Shown here piece by piece: positions 37,560-48,834 of a DNA stretch of 64,000 bases. The notes beneath the pieces are model-generated. The model saw nothing but the letters and a program-made list of their open reading frames with translations, ran no database searches and was not told the origin of the DNA. This stretch comes from Gnetum montanum (taxonomy: Eukaryota; Plantae; Gnetophyta), in contig MNCI01002038.1 in assembly GCA_015680685.1 (NCBI GenBank), positions 376,638 through 440,637 on the forward strand, written 5' to 3'. Made by a program: the position numbers and the translations under genes. Within the stretch, counting starts at the first letter, position 1. The number at the start of each line of letters is the position of its first letter.

Positions 37560-39480
37560 AAAGTGCCTAATTTAAGATTAGATTTAATAAGACAATATCT
37601 TATAAATCTTTTGCTATAATATTATATTTTTGTCTTAAATGTTTGGTATGAGGGTATCTAAGAATAACATATTCTTGACGTTCAAAATCTTTTGACCCAC
37701 TAAGCTTGCATGTGCATGTGCACCCTTCTTTGGGAATTTGTATCCATCTCCCACTTTCTATTCTAAGATGAGTTGAACTCAAATGAAGCCTTTTGATATG
37801 ATAGTTAACTCCTAAGTTTAATAGATTACCTCTTATGCATTTCAAATATATATATATGCATTGCCTTTCACTTTTGACCATAACTTTGTTATTACTTTGT
37901 ATATCCTCCAATGAGATATCCAAAGTTTTTGACCATTATATACCTTGAAAATACCATTCCTACTTTTTTGTATCTTCAAAACCTATTTTGAAAATGTTGA
38001 TCTTTTCTAATATTGTCAAATTTTAAGCATAAATAATAAAAGGATGAATGGTTGCTACTTCTAGAGGAAGTAAATTACAGTTTAACAAAAGCATAGAATA
38101 AGGTGTCTAAAATTTCACCTTTAATTCATCAAGTAAAAATATCTTCTATGCTTTATCAATGGCCTTTCAAGTTTTTGCACTAAGACATGGTCCTCAAACC
38201 AGACATCCATATAACACAATAAGATAAATGATTGTTTGAAAGATTTATTTTGACCTTCCAAGCTCAAACTCCTAATGCCTTATGTTTATTTTGAATTGTA
38301 TAGATAACTTTTATTCTTCATACTATTCTTTCTTTGATGCATTTATCCTATTTGAAATTATTCATATATTGATGACCTAAGTATCTTAATAAGTCCATAA
38401 TTTGCATATTCTAATCATAAAATTTAAAATTAGATTATGTATTTCTTGTGTCCCATATCATTATTTTAGTTTTTTCTACATTAACTAGTAAACAAAAAAA
38501 ATGCAAAATTGTTCTAAAATTCATAGCATATTAGACATACCTTTCTCAAAATTGATATTAAAATAATATCATCTACATAAAGAAGTAGGTTCACTGCTTG
38601 AGAACCTATTTTTATACTATATTTATGTTATCCATTACATATCTAAACTTACAAAATGAGTTTGAGATAAAGGATAGACTTGCTTCACCTCAATTTTGCT
38701 CCCAAATTTAAAATTATTTTTTGATCCACTATTTATGAGCTTAATGAAAACTTCATATAACTTTTGGATTATTATTATCAATTTTGTAGGAAGGGCTATA
38801 TTAGTTAGTCGTAGCCATAACTTTTTCCAACTTATTAAATCATAAGCTTTTGTAAAATCTATAAAGCAAATAAATAATTTTTTCTGTTAAGCTTCTTTGC
38901 AAGTTTGATGCAATGTCTAAGAATGACAAAATGATTAATAGTAGAATGGTTCTATCTAAAACATACTTGATAGATTACCCTAATGTTATGTATTTCTACC
39001 TAATTGTTTATTCATCTTTCAAAAATAATACTTAATAGCTTTAGTGAAAATACTACTCATAACTATTATATGATAGTTTAAATTATTTCTATTACCTTTC
39101 TTATAAAGAAGCATTGCTTTAATAGTCTTCCATTGTTTAGCAAGGTCATTATAAGCAACAACATATAATGTTTTTCCAATTTTTGTATGAATAGATAGCC
39201 CTATCCATTTAAGCAATTCAGCATATAAACCATCTCAATTTATAACTTTTTCACATGCTAATTTATTAATGCCATTTATAACTTCTTCTAGGGTAAAATG
39301 AAAAGAGCTTAACAAAACTCATGATAACAAATATCATCTTTCCCTAAAAAAGATTACTATAAAATATACAGGCATCATCAAATTGATGGTTCAACTGTGT
39401 CCATACTTTACTTTGGAAAATTTTCTAAAAAGTTTTACACTCTTTTTTGATCCTATGGATAAACTGTTCTTGTTGTATTT
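37560..39480 (-). mobile_element. Old, highly decayed non-LTR retrotransposon (RTE/RTE-X-like RT and C-terminus)
   Basis: LLYKKG, CFIDFTKAYD, VKQVYPLS and LLLYVDDII motifs; C-terminal LSSTHLRIESGRW..C..C remnant. Confidence 0.75.
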
Positions 39481-40359
39481 TGACAAAACATTTTTTTTGG
39501 TTGAGAGGCCAACTCATTTCATAGGATAAGGGGGGAGGGGGAAGTGCATTTTTCGCCCTCCACGTCACGCGCCATGTAAGATCCCATGAAATGGGAAAAA
39601 ACATGAANNNNNNNNNNNNNNNNNNNNNNNNNNNNNNNNNNNNNNNNNNNNNNNNNNNNNNNNNNNNNNNNNNNNNNNNNNNNNNNNNNNNNNNNNNNNN
39701 NNNNNNNNNNNNNNNNNNNNNNNNNNNNNNNNNNNNNNNNNNNNNNNNNNNNNNNNNNNNNNNNNNNNNNNNNNNNNNNNNNNNNNNNNNNNNNNNNNNN
39801 NNNNNNNNNNNNNNNNNNNNNNNNNNNNNNNNNNNNNNNNNNNNNNNNNNNNNNNNNNNNNNNNNNNNNNNNNNNNNNNNNNNNNNNNNNNNNNNNNNNN
39901 NNNNNNNNNNNNNNNNNNNNNNNNNNNNNNNNNNNNNNNNNNNNNNNNNNNNNNNNNNNNNNNNNNNNNNNNNNNNNNNNNNNNNNNNNNNNNNNNNNNN
40001 NNNNNNNNNNNNNNNNNNNNNNNNNNNNNNNNNNNNNNNNNNNNNNNNNNNNNNNNNNNNNNNNNNNNNNNNNNNNNNNNNNNNNNNNNNNNNNNNNNNN
40101 NNNNNNNNNNNNNNNNNNNNNNNNNNNNNNNNNNNNNNNNNNNNNNNNNNNNNNNNNNNNNNNNNNNNNNNNNNNNNNNNNNNNNNNNNNNNNNNNNNNN
40201 NNNNNNNNNNNNNNNNNNNNNNNNNNNNNNNNNNNNNNNNNNNNNNNNNNNNNNNNNNNNNNNNNNNNNNNNNNNNNNNNNNNNNNNNNNNNNNNNNNNN
40301 NNNNNNNNNNNNNNNNNNNNNNNNNNNNNNNNNNNNNNNNNNNNNNNNNNNNNNNNNNA

Positions 40360-43300
40360 GCATTAATACCGTAAATAAGGTGACATTCAGTCCAAGTAAT
40401 CCAGCGATTTTGAATGCGAAGAGAGGAGAGGGAGGAGATGCCAAGCTTATCCCAAGTGCTACATAGACGAGGATGCTTAATGACCCAAGGTTCATTGTGA
40501 ATGGGAATCCACCAAGGAGAAAGCTTATCAAGTGTATAGGAAGAAATAGTGATAGTGTTAAAGTTCCAAAACTGACTAATATAACACCATGCCTTCCAAA
40601 TGTGTTTGATGACAACAGAACCATAAATGGTAATACCAGTGGGAAAAAGAATCCAGTTAAGGAAATGAGTATTATTCCAATAATTACTACCTTTGGGCTT
40701 CCCAAGCTGTATGCGTTTAAGGAAAAGAAGCTTCCAAGGTTCAGAGCCAGATAAGCATTTGGCCATCCATTTGGCACATAACACAATGCCCTGTGTGTAG
40801 CAATTAATGAGGCCCAAACCACCGTCCTCTTTATGAGAAGTACAGATGTTCCAAGCAACCTGACAAAATCCTTTCTTAATATGGCTGTTGTTCCAAAGAA
40901 AGTGTTTGACTAGTTAATCAATGCGACAATAAGCAGAGATGCTAGGAGCCCAACAAGAAGAGTAATACACATGGGTAGCTTGGAGAATATGCTTGCAGAC
41001 AATAAATTTACCAGCCATAGATAGCTTCTTTTCCTTCCACTTAATAAGCTTTTGTTCAAGTTTCTTCACAATGACATCCCATAATGTTTTGGATGATCCG
41101 CCAAAAGAAAAGGGAATGCCAAGAAGCTTAAAAACTTGATCCTTTCCTAAAAATTGTCAAGACTTAGACAACGCCCAGGCTTGAAAATCTTTGTTGCAAA
41201 AGATAGAAGATTTGAACCAATTAATCTGAAAGCCAGAGAGGCTACAATATTGATCAATGCAATAAAAAAGACGATCAGCAATAAGAGCATCATTTTTTAT
41301 CATAAAGAATGAGTCATCAGCAAAATGCATATTCAATAAGGAAGGAACATTATGATCAATGAAAATACCTTGAAGCAAATTTTGTTCCTTATCCTTATGA
41401 ATAGCATGACACAAAAAGTTTGCAGCAAGAATGAAGAGGTAAGGAGCAAGAGGACAACCTTGCCTAACAGAGCACTCAAGCTTGAAGCAATTAGTTAAGC
41501 CAACGTTAGTAGCCACAAGGGCATTAGCGTCAACAAAAAGAGTCTCCACCATTTTAATAAAATTAATGTGAAAACCATATTTATGAAGGCAAGCAATAAC
41601 AAATTTCCACTCAATTTTGTCATACGCTTTAGCATAATCAAGCTTAAGATAAGAAATGTTTTGATTGGAGTCCTCGGCCCATTGCATACCTTCCCAAGCC
41701 GCAACAACATTATCAAGAATATACCTACCCTTAACAAAGCCTGTTTGCATTGGGGTAATGATCTAAGGGATAATGAGCTTCAGTCTATTAGCAAGACATT
41801 TAGCCAAAATCTTGTAAACAGAGTTAAGGAGAGTGATAGGACGCCAGTTACCAATCAATGAAGGATCACCTGTTTTAGGAATAAGACGGATGACACCTCT
41901 ATTTAACTCAGGACCAAGAGATTATTGATTTATGGCTTCTGCAAAAACATAAGAGAGGTCTAAACCCACAATATCCCAATGATTCTTAAAAAACTCAATG
42001 GGGATGCATCAAAACCAGGGGCTTTATCATTGGCCAGGCTAAACACAGCAGCCTTGATTTCTGAAAGAGAGATATCTTGAGCGAGAAGATGATTGTGACT
42101 ACTATGGACAATACTAGGTAGGTGATCTGAGTTAGTAGCAAACTCATCCTAATCAAACCCATTGGAGACAAAGAGGCATTGAAAATGTTGTTCAAGAAAA
42201 CCATTTATAACATGAGAATCGGAGGTAAGTTGGCCATTCACTTCCAAACGTTCTATAGTAGGGAAAGTACCTCTATCCTTTAAAAATTTGAAGAACTCTT
42301 TACAGGGTTCTCCCTCAATTTTTAACCAGTTGAGACGACTCTTGATGAGAGCACTTCTAGCAAAGTACATATCCCATTTTTGTTTAACTGAGCGAACATA
42401 GTTAGTCATTGTTGAAGAGCAACATTAAAAGGGTCATGTTGAAGTGCAGAGTTAAGTTGTTGCAATTTAGAACTAACATTTGCCTCAATAGACCTACGTT
42501 TCTTAGCATATTGCTTGCCCAACTAGTGAGCAAAGTTGCAAATATGAGAAGTGGCACGCAACCACCAGTCAATCCAACCTAAATTGCCAGATGGCCTTCT
42601 GTCTACATTCCAAAGAGATGTCAAAAGACCTTTACCAGAAGAAGTAAGAAATAAAGAGGCATTCATGCAAAAAAGTTGGCGATGTTGAGCTAAAGATTTA
42701 GAACCAAAGGTCAAAGTGAGAGAAATTGGAAAGTGGTCTGAGAGGGTAGCATCAAGGTGGACCTTAACATGACCATCACAAAACCATGAGGAATAACTAG
42801 AGAAATAAAATCGATCAAGTCGCTCACAAATGCGATCAGCACCAATCCTAAGGTTGGAACAAGTAAACCAACCTTCACGATTCACGTTAGAGCTGGCAAC
42901 ATCAGAGAGACAAAAGTGTTCCTTAACATCACTCCAACTAGAAAGCTCGAGGCTGGTAAGTTGAGAAGAGGCTCCACCAAATTTATCATAAGGATGTTCA
43001 ATCATATTAAAATCACCTCCAAAGAGCCAACGAATGTTAGGCAGACTGTGAAGGAGAGACTACCAAACACTGGCCCTAGTGGTAGGAGTAGTGGGAGCAT
43101 AAATATTACAAATGCTGAAAGGACCAGAAGCGCCTTGAAGAGTAGCCCAAACAAAAGAGGTGTGACTACCATGAGAGAGAATTTTGTTAGCCTAGGATTT
43201 ATTGATAATAAGGGCTGCACCACCTTGACTAGTAATATGATTTGTGGAAAAGACAATAGAGTCAGGTAGGATGCTATTGCCTGGAATAATTGCATCCAGA

Positions 43301-43428
43301 GTAGAAATTTTAACCTCTTGTAGGAGAAGGAAGTCAGGAAGCAAAGGTCGAGAGCGAATAAAAGTACCGACCACCTGTGTTTGGAGGTGATTGGAGAGCC
43401 CCTGAACATTCCAAGAATAGACTAACAT
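40360..43428 (-). pseudogene. L1 ORF2 (AP endonuclease + RT) with frameshifts and stops
   Basis: SWNVQGL, LLQEVK, RLDRFY, LSDHFPI, QTGFVKGRYILDN, KLDYAKAYDKIEW, VRQGCPLAPYLF, FADD. Confidence 0.93.
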
Positions 43429-43799
43429 CCAGAGAAGGGGGAGGAGGCCCCCGCCCTAGTTGTAGAGTTAACAATGTCTAAAGAAATCATTTCCTGGTTG
43501 TGATCAATGGCAGTAAAGGGATTGTGGGTGAGTAAGAGAGTTTGAGTGGATTGGTTGGACTGAAGTATAACGTCGTTGGTAAAAGGCATACCCCGATGTT
43601 TCCTACTGAGGGGAACTGTTTGAAATCCATCATCATCAATAGGAGGGTTGTTAGAAGCCGTAAAAACGTATGGGTGTTTTCCCTTAGCTAATGAAGAAGC
43701 ATGAGGAGGTGGCTTTTTGGTAACCTTACTTTGAGACCTAGGTGTGGGAGGAGCCTTGTTGCTAATAGAGGAAACCTTAGGATCAGTAGGGGAGGATTG

Positions 43800-44582
43800 T
43801 TATGACCGTGCTTGCATTGTCTTCTTTCGTAACATAAAGGGGCATGATACAAACTTATGACCCTCTTGGTGGCAGTAGTGACAAGAGTTGGGAAGGTTAT
43901 AATAAACCACCTTTTGCATATAGTTAGTACCACCTACACGCAAAATAAGTTCTCGTTTAAGAGAGTCTAATTCCACTTCAATCATATATTGAGTCCTGCG
44001 AAGGCCACTAGGTGTACCCAAGGATTCAGTGTGTTTGATTAATCCAAGGCGAGACACAATATCCCTTTCAACTCTTTCAAAAATCAAGGAGAGATTCGGT
44101 AACTCTACAAAACAAGGGACTTTCCGAAATTCAGGAGAAGTTGGGTTGAGAGAAGGAGTCCACTTGCGAATAATCAATAAAGCATGACGATGGTGAAAGA
44201 CACTAATGCTAAGAGCTTCAGAGACCATCTCTGAGTTAATAAACTCAACAAGTAGAAAAGAATTAGATAAATATCGAACATGTGCAGCTATCAAACCATG
44301 ATCTTTCCAAACAGAGTTGACATGATGCAAAAAGCTAGAAGAGCAGGGCAGGTAGCCTAAAATTTGCACAAAGACATACCTGCTAGAAATTTCGTGGGTG
44401 ATAGATTCGAACAAATCATCAGGAAGCTCGTAGAATGGCTCAGAAGAAGTGGAGCCACCATCTGGCGACATGGTAACCGAAGGAGCTGATCTAAAACAGG
44501 TAAGAGAGCCTTCTCTTCCACGATCACAAAATAGAACAGGCAATAAGATCTGCCTAAGATCTGCAAAGGTGCCTTGATCCAA
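43800..44582 (-). pseudogene. L1 ORF1 (DUF4283-like region + zinc knuckle)
   Basis: LIIRKWTP..VPCFVELPNL and QKVVYYNLPNSCHYCHQEGHKFVSCP. Confidence 0.85.
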
Positions 44583-45081
44583 TCTGATCTCACAGGTAGC
44601 GAGATCTGCCCGAGATCTGCTAGGGTACCCTAATCAGATCCGATCCAATCTCCGTTCCTTGCTCTTAAATTTAGGAGAAAGAGACTTGAATCTTCAATCC
44701 CACCGCTGCTTCAGAAGAGTGGTAGGACTATGATGTGATGTGATCTGTGGTCCCTTTTGAAAATGAAGCAGACTGCAGCAGAACGAATCCACTCTGCATC
44801 GCGCTTGCTGCTGCCGCTGCGATCCTCGGTCGTAGTCGTCGTATGCTATTCTGTTGCTTTAGCCTCAAAAAGTGACACCATACTATTCATTCACATCTGA
44901 CGATGTTTTCAGGGATTCCATTTGTGTTGCGCAAAATGTGAACCAAAGAGCCATAGTTTTTCCTATTCCTGCTGCACACATAAAAAGGCCAAATGCAACC
45001 AAATGCAAAATGGGAATGGGAATGGGAATGAGAATTCCATTTCCATTTTGTCTCCGTCTCTGTCTGCAACTACTACTACAG

Positions 45082-45300
45082 GCCACTTGGCCTAACCGAA
45101 CCAGCTTGAATGACACTAACTTCGGAGCTCTGCCAGAGTGCTGGAAAGGCACCTACGATGGTGGTCCATGCTTCAGCTGCAATAACAAGCTCATCGGCAT
45201 GCGCTTCTTCAACCAAGGCAACAATAAGGTAGTAGACTAGTTGGCCCTTGCTACATCCTTGCTTAACACCGAGGGCCATGACATGCACACATCATCAACA
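45082..45300 (+). pseudogene. Isolated fragment of a plant subtilisin-like (S8) protease
   Basis: TWPNRTSLNDTNFGALPECWKG..CNNKLIGMRFF...TEGHDMHTSST resembles IWPESxSFxD..WKG.C..CNxKLIGARxF..DxxGHGTHTxST; in-frame TAG. Confidence 0.85.
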
Positions 45301-46369
45301 ATCATAATACAATTTTTGTTGTAATAGCTAAAAAATCCCTTCATTTAGGTTTCTTTTTTTTTTTGATAAAATTTATATATGAATTAGGCTAATATGTTTC
45401 TTGAGTAACTTTGTTTGAATGTATGTTTTAAGCATAAGATTTTACAGGTAGGGGCAAGATGAGGGGTATAGCTGAGGCATTCAAGGAAAGACGGTAATGG
45501 CTACAATTGAAGCTGCAACCTAAGGGGAAGGGTCTTCTGAAGTTTCTGTGTCAACAATAGCCTTTGGTTATTGGAATCTCTTTATAGAAACAAACTTTCT
45601 ACTAGTCTTTTTATGTGTGTTTTTGTTAATTTTTTATAGTGAATTGTAATAGTTTCACTTCAAGCTAAGCTCTTTTGTCATCAGTATTTAGCATGCCTTC
45701 CTATACATTTGCATTCCCAATGCAAAAACATTCTAAAGTTTAGTTCTATTCTTTTTTCAATGCTTTCGGGAGTGGCAGGGAATTCTGAAGTTATAATTTT
45801 TTGCTACTATCTTGAGTAATCTTCTTTTGCTACACCCTTTTACAATGTAAAGAAACATTTGTAAATTCATTTTCTCTTTATCTCATTATATATTTTGTGT
45901 AGGTTTTATCATTTCTATGGCTGTGCTTTGAAATTTAGCAGTTACCATGGAGTAGATGCATTCAGTTGTTATGATTGTGACTGCTTTTTCATTTGCAATA
46001 TGCATTTTAATAAAATGCAAAAGTGTTAGCATTTTTGCTAGCACATGAAAATTATTAGCCAATTTGAGATGTCGGCTTGACTTTAGTCATAATTTTAACA
46101 ATTTTTTCTACTTATTGGGACTTAAAGAGTTCAAATTTGATAATTTCTGCTTACCTTCTTTCATGCAGTGAGGCCTTTTCTTTATGTACATATTCTTTGA
46201 TTAATGGAATCTAATGGATAATATGGTTGTTAACCTGGTAAATTTTAAAAATGAGAACTTCTGCACCTCTGGTAGCCTAAACCCTGGGAAGATCTTCAGC
46301 AAGATCATGCTATGATGATCCTAGCTAATGCCAAGGAAAACGACGATGAGCTCTCTACTGACACACATG

Positions 46370-46950
46370 TCTTACCATAATCATAAATAACCAATTATTT
46401 ATAAATCTTCCCTAGCCAAAGAGTCACTGGAGGGGAGCCAATGATTATATTTATCTTGGTTATTCATAATCTCGGTTATATATAATGATATATTTATAAT
46501 CATAAACATAAATGATTATATATAATGATTATAAACATTTCATCATAAATAAAGTCAATTATTTATAACAATTTCATTATATATATCTTATGGATAATGC
46601 TAACCAAGATATAATCATTATGGGTTAGCATTATGAATGAATAAATAATATCTCTAAAATTATGGATTATAAGTAATATTTCATCATATCTTGGCTTTAT
46701 TTATTATGAAATGCTTACTGTTCGAATGAATCTTATAATCCATAATATCTCAAATTATAATTATGGATTATTGCTTTAATTATAATAATCTCATAACATT
46801 TATTGGATTCCACAATAATTATAATATAATAATTATGAATGAGGTGTTGGCATCATTGATATCTTGTCCATAATAATAATAATGTCAATATATAAAAGCC
46901 CCTGATATAATAATAACATTATTTATGCATTTGTAACATGATTTTTTATA
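46370..46950. repeat. AT-rich low-complexity region of degenerate ATTATA/TATAAT units
   Basis: Visible repeated cataat/attatg/tataat words. Confidence 0.5.
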
Positions 46951-48834
46951 TCTCCACGAACGAATACGCATTACAAATATATGTTGCAGTGCCAATTTAG
47001 TTTGATCTCTTCATATTCCCTCACCTGCATGCACCACATGCATGGGAGCTAAAGAATCAATGCAAGGGAGTTGAATCTCTACTCGATTAATGCCCCCTAA
47101 CCCCTGACCTTCCCATATCCTTTTGATGTAGTATATAAAGAAGAAAGGCTATGTAGCTCTTAAGAGAAAATGATGGTTAAGATAGAATGGAATCGAAGTG
47201 GATCTTCATACTTCGTTTGATGCCTATTTTGAAAGGGAAGTAACATTTGAACCACTAACAAGGCATACTCTCTACACTCTTCTCCACTTGAAAGAAGTAA
47301 GATTCTTAGAGCTTAAATTTTTATTCATGCACTTTTCAAATGTAAAAAGGAAAGTAAATATCAAGGATATCAAACAACTCAAAGTTCATCTAACAACTAT
47401 AGATAAGAAGGTTTAATGACTAGAATTATCAACTATAAAGCATGAATGTTGAACTTAATTTGACATCCAATCAAGATTAAGAGATACTTGTGCAACCTAT
47501 GTTAAGGAAGAAAAGCCTTGTCCTTTTTATGAAAATGCTACTAATCTTTTTTCCTATAGTAAGATCTCACTTGAAATGCAAACCATTTCTCTTTTCATTG
47601 CAGTGATACAAGTGTGTATAAATTCAAAGATCTTCATTCCTCCTCTTAAGAATCTTGGGACATTCCTTCCCATTAGGGAATTTACTTAGGTTTTTACTTT
47701 CTACTAAATACTTCTTATGATTTATGTTTTATCGTATATAGAAATTCTCTTGTCATTCTTCTTTACCATATGTATTTTAATTATTTCTTCCCATATCATT
47801 TTACTATTTCTTTTGTTGGGTTTCTAAAACTTTTGTTAATCAAATGGACATCCTTGGACCAATAGTCATCAAGTTACCAAAACACTAGTTCCATTTACAT
47901 AAGAACAAAGAAAGCAACATAGTTATGACCAAATAACATTGTTCTAGTTATAATTCCTTTAAAATTTTACAACATCCTTCACAAAACTGAAGCAAAAACT
48001 TACATCAATCCTAGGCTCTATGATCTTTTTTGAAAAACTCTAAAATTGTATTTCTACAATACCACGTACTAATAAACCATGGAAGTTTTGTTCATACCTT
48101 ACCTTACAATAAGCCAACAAGAAATCATTAATAGAATTAAGTGCAAGTGATGACATAGAGCACTAGGCATAAAATCATTATAAATTTTTTGAATAAAGTA
48201 AAGATACTAAAGATTTAAATCCAAGGCCTTCCACTTGACAAACCTAAGTTGTAAGTCTTCCTTCTATAGTCATCTTGCCAATTTCCTATGAATTGGATTT
48301 TTGAAAATTTGATGTCATAATCTCTTTTGATAGGTTCATAATGTAGTATTCTTTCAACATTGATGAGGTATGATGTGATTATAGATGCTTAACTATATGA
48401 ATCTATGAGTGCACGCAATACACCTAATTTAATTCTAAGGGAAGATTAGGGGGAACATATACTATTTCTATTATTACATTCATAATCTTCCTAACACACA
48501 CTTATAGTTGTCATTGTATGGTTAAGTAAAGTCAAGACACATGATCAGTTTATTATTTTACCCAAGTAGAATTATAGAAAAATGTGATGAAAATGTAAAT
48601 GAAATTTAATAACTAATTAACTAATGGTGGAAAGTAGTAAATTTGCAATGTATTGAGTATTTGTTCCATCAACCTACAATAATGCTATTGGATATACCAT
48701 GCTAACTTCTTGGTGAATCAAGTTAAGTATTTAAAACTAAAACTAATTTTTCACTTACATTCATTGGGACCCTTTTAAATCTATAAAATAAAGTAGTTTC
48801 AAAATTCCTTTTACAAAATCTTTTTAATCTGTAA

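Larger units (their letters stand above)
39491..44850 (-). mobile_element. L1-clade LINE, near full length, degenerate (contains an N gap)
   Basis: ORF1 followed by endonuclease/RT ORF2; short A tract at 39491-39498 on the element strand; no TSD found, so both ends are approximate. Confidence 0.88.

Noticed and set aside
39425-40858. Long ORFs of 291-477 aa in the track (also 807-1373)
   Set aside because: Their length comes from read-through of N gaps; the real parts are L1 ORF2 or protease fragments.
45006-45050. Imperfect hairpin CAAAATGGGAATGG...CCATTTCCATTTTG
   Set aside because: Built from a short GGAAT(G) microsatellite; too little information to call a miRNA or MITE.
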